A stretch of DNA of 64,000 bases, from the NCBI GenBank assembly GCA_044892525.1, contig CM097885.1, positions 52,268,001 through 52,332,000 of the forward strand. The letters run 5' to 3'. Both the position numbers and the translations under genes were made by a program. Below, in pieces: positions 14,168-28,743 of this stretch (positions are counted from its first letter, which is position 1; every line of letters starts with the position of its first letter). The notes under the pieces were generated by a model that made no database searches, was not told the DNA's origin, and saw only the letters and a program-made list of their open reading frames with translations. This stretch comes from Schmidtea polychroa. Taxonomy: Eukaryota.

Positions 14168-14825
14168 GGTTGTATTACAATCCGCCAAATAGTTCAAAGC
14201 GACAATCTGCCAAAAAGTCGATAAATTTTTGTTTTAACATACATACATTTTAAATTTATTATATTTTTAAAATTTTAATAATAAATTCTCCGCTCAAAGA
14301 TAAGAATCAACTAGTAATTGTTTAATATAAAATTTTAATTAAATATTTAAACAATTTACTGGCTGAGAGGTAAAAAAGATTTTTTATCAAAATTTGTGAT
14401 AATTTTACTGATTCAATGATTAATTTGAATGAGTTAATTAGTTTTATTATATATACTCTGAGTTTATCCGACAAGATGTTTTGACCCCCTATGGGTATTG
14501 CTCACAAGAGTACTAATCACATTCAACATGTCGCAATGATACTGATCATAAAGGTACTGGTATTTAATTTTAATGCTTTTATTTGAATGATTATTTAGGC
14601 AAATTTGTTGTACAAGTACATGTGAATTAATTTTAATATGCTGACCTATAAATATTTTTTTTATAAATGTCAGCGTTGGCCAATTTTTTAGTGTTGGAGG
14701 ATTGTCGTGTTGGCAGATTGTCTGTTGGCGGATTGTCATTTAGCGGATTGTCACTTGGCGGATTGTCGTTTGGCGAATTGTCGTACTTGCTGGATTGTCG
14801 TGTTGGCGGATTGTCGGAATACGCC
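14168..14825. mobile_element. Foldback/MITE-like TIR element with 15-bp subterminal tandem repeats
   Basis: Right end has ~8 copies of TTGGCGGATTGTC ending GGAATACGCC. Left end has inverted ACAATCCGCCAA and GACAATCTGCCAA. Flanks TCTCCAC/TATCCAC (7 bp, or 9 bp CCTCTCCAC/CCTATCCAC) look like a TSD. Confidence 0.75.
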
Positions 14826-16237
14826 TATCCACATAACAAAGTTTTGATAATTCACCGTTTCTATACTTTTGAAGGAATCACGGATTAGTAACCTTTTCTG
14901 TGAAATCGCAAAAATATCTAAAACTCACTCGATTAAATATAATTTTGTCCTACACTATGCGTGCATTTAATTCATTTTATTTTTAATAGGATTTACGATT
15001 ATTTTATTTGCTAAATCAACTTTTGTTTTAATCCTATTCTATCAGTATTTCTATGATAAAAATAATGATTAAAATAATATCCGAATTAAATTAATAAAAT
15101 AAAATGATATTTGTGTTTTTAAAATCTACTAGTAAAAGAAAATAAATTAAAAATTTATTTAAATTATCTTTTTTGTCTATAAATACCAAATAGTCTATTT
15201 AAGAAACCGCGGTTTATTTTGCCTCTATAAATGTGTTGATCAAAGTTTATCTCCTCTTAAAAGTGACATTTAAAAGACGATCACGGAAATTTATTAATAA
15301 ATATAGAGTGATAAACATGCTGATGTCCATATTTCTATCATTTATTAACCTTTTTTTACAAAATAAATACCCAATTGAATAAATATATCGCTCTAATTAG
15401 CACAATCCTTCCAGTTTGCTGTAAACACTGGAATTGGACATACAGCCAAAATAGTTTATGTTGAAGTGGAAAATTTGCAGTTGGCAAATTTTGCTGACTT
15501 CAGAAAACTTTCAGTTATTTTTTTTTAAATTTTCTTTTAATTTTATTAATGCATCCTAAGTGTGTTATAGTTCGACTAATTTATAATAGATTTTGCAGTG
15601 AATTTTAATCAAATTTTTATGAATTCCATTAAAAACTGTTGAATAAACTGAAAATCATTTTAATGTGTATTTTGCTAGTTTTTAGGACGTATTTTTTTTC
15701 TATTTTCCATTTCAATTTTGTCAAAGTAGATTTTAAAGTTTTTTTTTGTTTGAATAAAGTTCATTTATTTAATAAAATGATATAATGAATATGAATTTAA
15801 TACTAGATTTAGAATCAAAGTTTACTAAGTCAATATTCGAAAGTCTATAAGAACAAAGGTGGAAATCTAAAGTATTATTTATTTATTTTATTTATTTCAT
15901 AAGCATGAAAAAATTTACAACAGATCAGTCGTAAATCTGACTTCACTTTACTTTATATCATTTTTATACACATTGTTATTTCTATTTTTTCTATCTTGAT
16001 CAAGACTACAAAAAACTCACCAAAATCATCACTTATAAAGACGTGTTCCATTTAGGATTGCTGAAGATAGAAGGGGCTGAAGCCGACTAATTGTTACCTT
16101 TCAAAAGTCAATGTTTTAAATTCATTAAGAAAATTAAATATTATTTTTCTTATAATTGAAATTCAAAAATTCTGGTTTTAAATTAAATATATTATAATTA
16201 TTTTTGACTAGTTTATTTTTTGTTTATTTTCCAATTT

Positions 16238-16455
16238 TTTTTTTCCAATTTCATCACTGATTATTTTTTTCTATTGAATTTATTAAAAAGAGAGCTTGAA
16301 TATATTGATGTTTGTTGATACTCGATAATTTTCGGCGCTGCCTTTTTTTTTGAAAATTCACTTGAAAAAGGCAGGCCCGAAAATTTGTGAGTATCAAAAA
16401 ACATCGATATATTATTGATTTATAGTCTTCAAGCTCTCTTTTTAATAAATTAAAT
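16238..16455. mobile_element. Inverted-repeat remnant, probably a Penelope-like pLTR fragment (family A, copy 2) with a hammerhead-like core
   Basis: Homologous to 7293-7490. Contains TTCAC-TTGAAAAA-GGCAGGCCC-GAAAATTT-GTGAG at 16357-16391 and an inverted partial copy near 16321-16350. Confidence 0.6.
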
Positions 16456-18152
16456 AATAAAACATTATAGTGTATTTTAGTATTATGCAGAAATCAGAAA
16501 AAATCAGAAATCTAAAAGTCAGAAAATATATTCACCTAAATGAAATTTTCACAGAAATCCTTTTAGTGTGGACCTTATTTTTGATAATCTATTTCACTAT
16601 CAATTTACTCAAAAGATTGTTTTTATATTGAAACTAATCAAAATTTGCTTTAGTTGCAGCACATAAACCATAATGAATATCAGAGTAAAATGAATAAATG
16701 AAAGAAATATTAAAGTCAACCTAAATTTGCTCAATGATCCCTAAATATTTAAGTTAGGTATTCGAGTTAAAAACTGTCAAACTTTGATATTTGTAGTAAA
16801 CGTTTTGAGATAGTAGAAATTTAAGTTCTTTTTTGTTTTGATATTTTTTTTATAAAATCATTTTGAATAAACAGATAAATATAAAAACAACAATCCAATT
16901 CATAGAGAATTTAAAATTGGTGGTAAAAGTGATAATTAAAATTGATAATTTAATTTGTAAAGAAATTGTAAGGATTATATTTAAGGATAATATATAAGTA
17001 ATTAATTAAATTATTAAATACATTATTATAACTAGTATATATAAATATCGTTATGTAGATGTCATATTATTATTATTTTTTAAATCACTGTTTAAATAAA
17101 GTCTAAATAAATTTTAAAATACTTTTTTAAATAAATATTTTCCAATTAAATTTGTTTTACTATTACTTAACATAAATTATGCAATAGAAGTTATTTATAA
17201 AAAGATTTAAAAAGAAAGATTTTTAGTAGTGTTTAAATATTTTAGTCAAAAAAAAATTATATTAAATATTAATTAATTTTAAATTAATTATCATTACAAG
17301 TATTTTTATTATAAATAATTGAAAACACTCAGAGTTTTAAAAATTCTATTACATAAATATTATTCATGTTGTATGGGACTGACATATATTTACTTGTTAA
17401 TTGAATTTAATTCTAGTCTGGTTGATTTTTAAGAACGTTTCCGTGTTATGTTTTAAAAATAATATTATTTTTGACTGAAAAAGAAAAAAAAAGATTTATT
17501 TATTGAGACTCAAGTTATTAAACATCAAACATGATATTGAAATTATGATAAATTTCTATAAATAACATTTTATTAATTATTTGTTGTAAATGCCAAGAAT
17601 GAAAATAATCTTATTTACAGCATTAATAACTCCATTATTTACAGTAAAAGAAATAAAACTAAAAAGACAAAATGTCTATTAATTAACAGCTAATTATTTC
17701 AATTATTTTCACAGTATGCAAAGAAAAACCTAAACGATTAATTAATTGATGAAATTTTTTGACATTTATGTTATATTAGCCGGTTTCAAAATTTGTAAAC
17801 AAATATCTGCTTTTCTATTGAATGTTAATGGAAAATTTGTTTGTAACAATTTAAAATCAATTATCCCTTGGTTCCATCAAAAATCTGTAATTTTTAATTG
17901 GGAAAAATATTATATTTGATATTATCTTTAAGGAAATAATGTCGCTTTCTGAAGACTGTTAAAACAAGAAAAGTTAAATTTTGTTTATTTAATTGATTTC
18001 TTTATTATTAGATAAAATAAACATGTCAGAAAAGGACTTGACTTGAAGGGTTATGAATGGTTGAATGAATTTAGTTGGCAAATTAAGATTAGTGAAAAAT
18101 CTGAGGTTATCTTTGTCTGTTGACCTTCTTAAATGTTAAAGACGTATTTTAA

Positions 18153-18712
18153 CTCTTTGAGACCGGGCGACGTATATATACGTTTTTGACTTTCATTAAA
18201 TCAGGGGAACGTATATAAATGTATATACAAGAGAAAAGATACGAGGTATGAATGCAAGGATTGTGATGTTGTATTGTGTGTTCCACTCAATGAATACCAC
18301 TCACTTAGAAATTTTTATTTGATCAAATATTTATTGTGAGGAGTTAAAATTAAAATGATAAATTAAAATTATTTCATAATTAAATTTTGTAAAATTAAAA
18401 GTGAAACTTAAATTATTTGAAATATATTAGAATTGAAATGGTTTAAAATTAAAATGAATATTTTGATTTAAATTTTGAAATAAAATAATTTTTAATAAAA
18501 TTGCAGTTCAAGTATGAATGTGGTATGTTGATATTTGGTTGAAATTACAATTTATAAAAAGAAAATGTTATATAATATGTTATATATTACTTTTAGTAAT
18601 TTATTTAATGACAGATGAAATGAATGTTATAGCATCTAACATTTATAAAATAAATAAAAAAATGATATTTTAAAATTAAAAATTTTTAACGAAATTCCCC
18701 GGTCTTCAAGGG
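18153..18712 (+). mobile_element. Internally deleted piggyBac element retaining the C-terminal Cys-rich domain
   Basis: TTAA|CTCTTTGAGACCGGG ... CCCGGTCTTCAAGGG|TCAA. 18229-18300 encodes KRKDTRYECKDCDVVLCVPLNEYH, matching the piggyBac CRD pattern. Confidence 0.85.
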
Positions 18713-19228
18713 TCAACACTATGACATGTTGACAATTTTTAAGTCTTCACAAAAGAAAAATTTCAATATTTGAAATGAAGGACGTTGTTATTCACAACTT
18801 ATTGTTACTTCATAAGTAATTAATAGAATAAATGTTAAAAATATTAACATATCTTAAGGAAGAAATTGGAAACAGCTGATTTCATTTAATATTTCTTTAA
18901 ATATTTCATTAAATAAGTACTCTGGAAATGACTTATCTATTCGTTTATTTGAATTATATTTCTTTTATAATGTTTTAATATTATATGTAGATATCTGAAA
19001 TAAGAAAAATGTTCGTTTTCCACAGAATAACCATTTACCAATTTTTTTCAAGCAAATTTTATTAAATTATATGGATGAAATTTCAAATGATCTTTCTTCA
19101 GTAACCTTATACATCCTTTATTATACATAAAAACACATAAATTTGGTCAAGTTTCTATTTACTTATCTAACTTCAATCATCTCCATTTGCTAGCTGTATC
19201 AGCATTTCCATCAATTTCCATCAATTGT

Positions 19229-19284
19229 CAATAATAATAATAATAGTAATAGTAATAATAATAATATTAATAATAATAATAATA

Positions 19285-19357
<73 letters not shown>

Positions 19358-19396
19358 TTTAAAACAATAAAATGATAATTTAAGCCTTTTGCTGCC

Positions 19397-19477
<81 letters not shown>

Positions 19478-19478
19478 G
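19229..19478. repeat. Compound (AAT)n/(ATT)n microsatellite interrupted by a short repeat fragment
   Basis: AAT run switches to ATT near 19285. The insert TGATAATTTAAGCCTTTTG matches the arm of the 43174-43297 palindrome. Confidence 0.9.
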
Positions 19479-19861
19479 TAATAATAAAAATAATATCTTT
19501 AATTCTGTTTTTATTATGACTCCGCTTGAAAAATACGATTACTTCTAAATAGAAGAACTGATTGTATCAACAAAGTTTTAACTAACACCTTAAGGGGTTT
19601 GATAAATAAGTTGAAACTTGCAATATTCACATCCCTTCTCAATTACAATAAGGTAACATTAAGATATACGAAGATTTTGAAAGATCTAAATAATCTAAAT
19701 CTTAGGGAATGTTACATAACTTAACTCTAGTAACTTTATATTTCAATTAACGCCAAACCACTTTTAAATCTGTTAAAGGTCGATTTAATTATGCTATAGT
19801 AAGATCCAATCAGATAAAATATATGGATAATTGAAAATAATTGCAATATTATATAAGTTAA

Positions 19862-20400
19862 GGTGCTTGTTTGGTTGTCATTGACGTTTGTGGAACCAAA
19901 AATGATATTTGTCTTTGAAAATGACCAGCAAAACCAGGATATATTGTCGAATCACTTGATAAGACTGTATTGCTTTATAAATCTTTACGTATAAACACGC
20001 ATTTCATTATGTTGTCATAGGTCTTCTCCTGAATACCAACAATTTCCATTTCCAAGAATGATTGCTGGATCCAAACTTCAGGACATCTTAATCTTTAATA
20101 TCCAACGGTAATAACTTGATTATGTAGTAGTTCATTTTCCAAGTACATTTTTCAAGTGATAATGAAGAGGCAGTGGTTTGCATTTCTTGCTCAAAATCAA
20201 AAGCAATGTAACACAGTTTTTCTTTAATATCTCGAACAATTTCTCTTTCGGCAGTGGTTGTAAAATTGTATTCTCTGTCTGTCATAATTTTCATTAAATA
20301 CTCAGTTAATTCTCTTCCGTTGAAATCTATTTGGCGAATTACACCAGCCAAAACATAGCCTTCATAAATTGACATAGAATGTAATCCCACTATCTCCGAA
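19862..20400 (-). pseudogene. act: Actin processed pseudogene fragment (central part)
   Basis: IYEGYVL...[57 protein letters not shown], then a frameshift, then [24 protein letters not shown]...IRKDL*SNTVLS...IYPGFA. Intronless, with stops. Confidence 0.95.
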
Positions 20401-23248
20401 ATCTCTCTTAGATATAGCCTCATCACTAACATAAGCATCTAGTAATTTTGAAAATCTTTTAAAATAACTCACAAATTCCAAAATCCACAAAACTTTATAA
20501 TTCGAAACAAAAACTCGAACCATTTAGAAAATTCCAAACCAAAATCGATTCGACCAAACAACAAGATAATATCCAGACTTCCAAAAAATTCCAGAAAATT
20601 AAAAAAATATACAAACATTGCCTCGCATCTGTATCCACATTCACAGACAAATACAAAATCAAATCAACTTGCACTAACATAATTAACCAATGCTTCATAA
20701 TACCATTATTTTGTATCCATAAAAAAATCCTCATATGGTAATATTTGACTAAGGACCCATCCATATTAAATATTTATGATTTTTGTGATAAACATCTGAT
20801 GGATTGTAGGTTATCAACATTCTATCCTTTCGTATTTTTTACGACGCAACCCAGGATATAATGGTTCACATTTCCATTTGACACCAGTTGAACGACCCGT
20901 TGTCACATGGGTGAATACTCATTTGAAGTGAGCATACTCCTGTCACAATAATCGCCGAACATTTGATGGGTTCATGGACTGTCGATTGTTCTATGCTTCA
21001 TCAATTCTCACCCGCGTATTTTATCGTAGTGTGTATTATCCCCAGTTAATAATTAACACCAAGGAAATCCTTTGCACACTTGAATAATTAAGAAACACTA
21101 CACTAGCACATCTTTTATTTCAGCATACACACGTAGTGAGTCAATTGTTAACCACGCGATCTGAACCTCCAGTGTTGTCTAGAGCACGATTTGTGTGTCC
21201 CAAGATTCGACCATTCTTGCTCGTTCACCACCTGACGGGTTCGGCTTTCCCGGGTCTGTTCTAATGTTTGAACTGACCTTTATCCTGCAATTTATGCGAT
21301 ACTGTAGCTGGAGAAGATTATGGACCCTTCGAGCGCGGTATTGAATTGTTGAGCACCTGCTCTATTTTGTGTCCCTAGCCCCTTGTTTGATTTACAGTCT
21401 TAGGTCTTGTATTTTCATCCGGTCCAGTGCTCCTTGACTCCACAATGACTCAGTTTGTTGAAGTTGTCGTTTTAACACGCTGGGACTAAACAATGTACCC
21501 TCCATCTTCCATATTTGATTCGTGAACTCTTCCGTTCTAAAGCGGAATACTTCCAGTTTCTTCGTCATAGCTTCCCAATCCGCTCGCATGTCTCCTAATA
21601 ACTTTATCACTAAAATAAAACAAAAGTGAATGGGTAATTATCTAATAATACTATTACTCCGGTGTATATGCGATATTCTAATTCATGACACTGAAAAATG
21701 TTCTTAAATTAGTTATCTTGGTATTTATGAACTAAAATGTTAAACTGAAATTTGAACTAAATAGATATGAGAAATTAATACGTTAACAAGTTAGTTAATA
21801 CCAAACAAAAATAAAAATCATAACGAGGCAAACGATCGAAATAGGTTCGCTCACCTAGATGTTGATTGTAGATTTTATTCGTATTTTTTACCCGGATTCT
21901 TTGTTGTTCCTCAGTTATTAGAACGAATGGCTCCTCATAACGATGACGTTGTCATTCGACCTTCTGCCATCGCCAATTTAAACGGACATAACCGCATTGA
22001 TATCCAACCTACATCAATAAATTTAAGACCGACATAGGCTGGTTGTATAATTCATAGCATTGATGGAAAGTTATCATAATTTTATTTTGTTTTAACTATA
22101 ATGGCCTAGCTTATTGGTTTGGTATTATGGCAAGAATGGAGTGCTTCGTTCTGGCTCCCTAGTACTCTTTTCCGTACATTAAAAGAAATGTTGTGTCGGC
22201 GTGCTATTTTACGACGCATTCCAATTACCTCAATATGCAGTAGACCTAAAATTCAGTTTTTTTCTCAACATCATATAAATCTGGTTAAATTTCATAAATC
22301 AAAATATTTTGTATTGGGGGGGGGGGTTGTTGTTGACCACCACTTTTGCACTAAGACAATGTATATAGTTGGTTGCTAAAATTAATAAGCAAAAGAACTC
22401 GTTCGGGTCAACTGATATTATGCGAGTACCAGATATTTATTTTAGTTTATTGAAATTCTAATATAATAATGCATTTATGCTACATATGTTTATTTACAAA
22501 AATTGAATTAATTTAATTTGTTTTAAATTGTTTTTGGCAATTTAACTAAATCAAGAGTTTTAGAAAAGATTTGTTGACAAATAATCTGGAGATTTGTGTA
22601 AACTGGAAATTATCACTTTAAATAGCTTATCAAATTAATTTATGTTCAGAATTGATTGCGAATTTTATTTGCCAATTAATATTTATATATTTATTATTAA
22701 TTTTTATTTATTTATATATATTTACTTATTTATTAATAATTTTTATTTATATATTTATTATTAATTTTTATTTATTTATATATATTTATTTATTTATTAA
22801 TAATTTTTATTTATTTATTTATTATTCATATTATATGTGTTTATAAATTTCTATTTTTTACGAAATTTAGTTTTTTGGTTTATTTTAATCTTTATATTCT
22901 GAATTTTACAACTAAAAATGCCACGGATAAAACATGTGTATAAAGTTTATATCCACAGTTACGGTTCGATGATATAACCCTTGTACTACATATTTGTCTA
23001 CCATTATTGACCTATGTAGGAAAATATGGGCATCTCGAATAACCTATACAGATGTGAATTCACACAGCATGTATGGAGTTTAATGTATATAGTTAAAAAA
23101 TTTGAAACTAAAGTTGCAAAATATAATTTTTTTCTGCAAAACATTCCTTATTAAAATTATAATTTTTAGTGATTTCATCATCAAAATGTTTCAATAAAGT
23201 TAAGCAAATCTAATTTTGAAATTGTACTACTTTCGTCTTTTTGCACGA

Positions 23249-23350
23249 CGCTATCCCGTCAAATGGGCCCGGGACAAAACGGCCCCCGACATAAAGGCCC
23301 CTGGCTAAAAGACCCCTGTCAAAAGGGCCCCCGCCAATAAGGCCGCGTAG
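23249..23350. mobile_element. Single terminus of a TIR element with ~15-bp tandem subrepeats
   Basis: About six degenerate GACAAAAGGCCCC units. Same architecture as the right end of 14168-14825 but a different sequence. Confidence 0.5.
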
Positions 23351-23675
23351 ATAGAAAATTCAATTAGATCTTAGTGAATTTTGATAATACTCAACTTTAT
23401 AACTTCGTACTATTAGACATTTCTTACTATTATTAAATGCCTGTAAGCAAACCTGACTCTATTTCTCCTTCTGTAAAAAGTATTCATGCACATTAAAGGC
23501 TGTTACATTTTGCTTGCAGACAAATTTTTCTGGGTCAACCATGTAAATGCCATACAATAATTTATGCGTGCAACAAAGATTTTCTGGATTTCAGTTTCAG
23601 TTTGCAGGATCATTACCACTAATGCAAGGTTAAAATAATGTAGTGCAAGAAATAATAATAAAATAATGACGTTTA

Positions 23676-24479
<804 letters not shown>

Positions 24480-24855
24480 TAATAATAATAATAAATAGTC
24501 TATAGCTTAATTCCCGTTTCGTCGTCGAGAAGACGACATCGGGGCGTCCCCAAGGCTAGAAGTATCACAACATTGCTCCGTTCAAGGAATGTGGTTATGA
24601 TTGAATCCGAGGAGAATTCTGCAGCGCCGTCTTTAAAATTGTGGTGCCCAACGCAACATTATTTATGAGGGCCCTATATCGTAAAAAAGGTCAGAAAAAT
24701 AATCCATTTTTTAAATTATTATTAAATACACACATTTATAAAAAATTAAAAAAGTAAATTAAAAAAGTAAATTAAAAATAAAATTGAATTTACTTATGCA
24801 TTAATTCAGATTTATTCAAGTACCATCGAATGACACATAGTGCTTTAAGAAGTTT

Positions 24856-24900
<45 letters not shown>

Positions 24901-27699
24901 TTTTTTTTTGAACGCAGTCTATTATTAATACAAATTTCTTGCATGTATGATTTATAGACATGTAAATAATGTCTTAATTTGTGACATACTTATAGGGGTG
25001 TCTAGGATTTTTGACATAGAGTGACTTTTATTGTATGTATGTTGACTTCAAAACGACACCAATATTTGCGGGGGAGTATTTGGAATTTTATTTGGACCTG
25101 GAGAGGCCGGAATAGTAAATTTGGCACGAATTCCATCAATCTTGTCAGTGAAGCAAAAGTGGATGTATCAGGCTGGTCAGAAAGAGAATATATATGGCGG
25201 TGCGGTGTAAAATAGAATATAGGGCTTTCCAGAGGGAGTGGGGATAAGTGTATAGTTGTTGATGGGGTGTGAAACTTCCGGAAACAGTGTGTTTTTGTTT
25301 AGTCAGTTTTACGCGATTCTATTGGCGGAACTAATACTGGAATTATCAGAAATACTTTATAATACCAGTCAAATAAATTCGTATTTATAGAAAAAAGCAC
25401 TTTATTATTAATTGACAAAAATAATATTTTGAATTAATTTATGATATTGTATGTTTCTCGGTATTTCTCAAAATTTTAATAAAACTGTCATAATGTGTTC
25501 ATGAATGTTTTCAGAAGCTTAAATGTCAAGAATTATTGTTATTTTACTTTGACCATAAAATTAAAACAAAATATTTTTTGTGACGAATTGGTAATGTATA
25601 ATAGAGTATCGTGCTACGTTATACTATAATTTCGTTTTTGTGAAGGTACAGCATTTTTTAGTCAAACACTAATTACAAGAGTATAATATTTTGTAATATT
25701 AGTAAAATTTAAAATTTGTATTTTACAATAATTGGGTTATTAAAATCTTTGTAATTTTCATATATAAATATGAATAACACAAAAGTTTCACAGGCGTGCT
25801 AATTTTATTTACACGTAAGAAGAACGGAAATGTACAAATGATTGTCTTTGATATATATTTATATATGCTCATGATTTAATAAAAAAATGGTTTAAGAAAA
25901 ATATGTAACGCTAATATTACCGCAAATGTTGACTTTTAATGAATATAATTAAAATATTTCCCAGTATTCATTCTGCAAGAATTTTGCAGCTTCCATTTTG
26001 CAGAAGTATTTAAAGTAATAGTGGATGATTAATTTTTAAATGTTTTTTAAATTGTTTTCTTGAATTTTCCATTACAAATTCTCACTAAGTTGAAATTAAA
26101 AAATTTTAATTTAAAATCCAAAAATCTTAATAAATTTTTAAGTGAAATATTTCTCTGGAAGAATAATAATAAGAAGAATATATGTTGCATAAGTGAATTG
26201 ATATAATGATTACTTTGGGTAAATTTTATTAAGAAAATTAAATTCAACTTAATTTTGTTTACTTATGAAAATAAATTACTAGCATTATAATAAACATATC
26301 CGACTTAGTATATTTTCAGAATATTAATAATTTAATTGTTATTATTTGTTTAAATGATTTTATTTTACTTTTAGTTTTTGTTTTAATGAAGATTTCTTAT
26401 AAAATTTTAGTTTTTATATTAATATTTTATACTTGATATTTTTGAAGTTTTTTTAAAATTTTTTTTAAATGTTTAGTTTTTTACAATTTCAGTTCTTTAT
26501 TTAAATTTTTGCAGTTTTTTACTTTTATATTACTAATCAAAATTTTCTTAATAGAAAATTATTTAGTAGAATAACAGATTTTCTTGAATAAACGATAACT
26601 TTTATTATCAACCATGATGCAATTAGGCAATTTAAAAAAAGATCGTTGATAAAATGTGACTTATTTTCTCGACGTACAATTCTGAAATTTGACTTTTTAA
26701 CTAACATATTAGGAAAAGTTTACAAGGGAAATTTTATATTCTTAAATACAAAAATAACCAATTTAAAGATAATTTCAAAATATTTTTTTAAATTTTCAAA
26801 TATTTTCATAGTATTCTCTGAGGAAATTATAATTAAAAAATATTGAAGAAAATATGATTTTTCACTGAAACTATATTGTAAAAATAAAGTGAAAAAAATA
26901 AACTTTATCTGAATTCTACAAAACATCGACAAATAACAATAGAAATCATTATCAATCAATTAAAAATCTCATATATAAACAAAAACTGTTTAATTAATCT
27001 TTTTATTTTTGTTATAAGTTAAAAGAATTGTAATTTATAAAAACGTATTTGTCCACAGGCTTTTCATGGTGATTTTTTCCATTTTGAAGTTCTATTGAAA
27101 ATTGAATATTTTTTTGTATAACTCGTTCATTTTTTCTTGCTCTAATTAAAAGTTTTTTGTTTATAATTGTGAGCAAAATATTTAGTATAAATTCATTATT
27201 AAATTAGAATTGATACAAAATAGTTACAAAACTGAAATTATTTTACCAACGTTTTCAATTGAACTTCTGCGACTTTAAAATCATTTTTTAAAAAAATTTT
27301 ACCTTTAAAAGAAATATTTTTAATTTTAATTTTCAAAATTGATCGAAAAAAATACTTTTTAAATGTTATTTTATTCAGACATGTCTTGATTAAACTAAGT
27401 TTCTTTACTTGAAATAAGAGTTGATGAAAGATTTTATAAAAAAAGTTTTTCTTGTGCTTTCAGTAGATGAGCATTTGTATAAATCATTCATTTATGAGGT
27501 TTTTAATTTAAAAAATATAAAAAAAGTCACGCACTGACCAGGACATAAAATTAATATTTGTAATATAGATAATTATATTCATGAAATAAACTTTAGTTTA
27601 TTTATACTCTCAAATATAATAGTCAATTTTCAAATACGTAATAGGGTATTACATGATTTGTTAATATTTAATGTTGTTTGTAATATGTTATTTAGGATT

Positions 27700-27960
27700 T
27701 ATAATGTTAGCGAGACAAGTTGTCATTGACAATTCAAAATCCCAAGGCATTCAGAATCACCTTTACAATTAACAGAATTAACGGAACTTTGTAAAGTGCC
27801 TTGAACGAGTAACATTATTGGGTTTACTTGGGATTGTATCAATCCATCAGAGAAAGAAAGGCGAGGATAGACAAAATTACAGAAGAAATGATATGTCTTT
27901 GGTTGAAATTTGATTTTCCAGTTGTATTAAAACGTGTTTCCACAAAAATTGTAGTTGACA
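27700..27960 (+). mobile_element. Possible decayed transposase N-terminal fragment (hATm-like)
   Basis: RIDKITEEMICLWLKFDFPVV resembles the E..xxWxKxxxP segment of such transposases. Motif recall only. Confidence 0.25.
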
Positions 27961-28743
27961 TGAAATACTTCCTCGCCATAGTCAGAAAAATAATGTCAAA
28001 ATTAAATATTATGTAATTGCATAATCAAAGAATAATTATGCAATAAAGTAATTTCAAGGGTAAGGGAGTATGTGTGTTGCTGCTAATTGCCACTATATAC
28101 TTAATGACATCTCACTTCCCAAGCAGAAAATTGTATTCTGAGCAAATGTTTTGCATAATCAGCCAGTGACATCTGAAAAAGTTATTTTAAAATATTTAAT
28201 TAATAATTCGTATGAAAGCACTAATAGACATATTCGAAAAATGCAAAACAACTTGGAAGGTTTGTGTTGGCACTCATTTTACAAAGTTTTTTCGATAATA
28301 GTAATAAAATAAATGAAATTATTTAAAACGATTAGTGTGATTTTCTTGATCAATCAATTTATATTAGATAAATGAAAAGTTAGCTTCAGAGCCGCTTTGT
28401 GAATACAAATTAATTATTTTGTGTCAAAAAAAATAAATGAGCTCTGTTGTTCATCATATTTCATATTGAAAGATTAATATGTTGTAAATGGATAGACTCT
28501 ATTTCTCAGACTTTCCACCGAGCTCCCTTAGTAGAACCGTAATAAATAAGAAGAGATAGAAATTATTTTTTCAAATCAATCTTAATATTGTAAATTTAAT
28601 AATAATAATAATAACAGCAATAATAATAAGTACTAATTACTTCAATATATTATTATAATTAAATGCAAAATTTACATTTATTGTATGTTAAGAAAAAAAA
28701 CTTTTAAAAGTTATTTAATTACTTGTTTCATACAAAATATCTA

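Noticed and set aside
24513..24545. Complete hammerhead ribozyme
   Set aside because: Stem II plus GAAAC is present, but the CTGANGA core and the cleavage triplet are absent.
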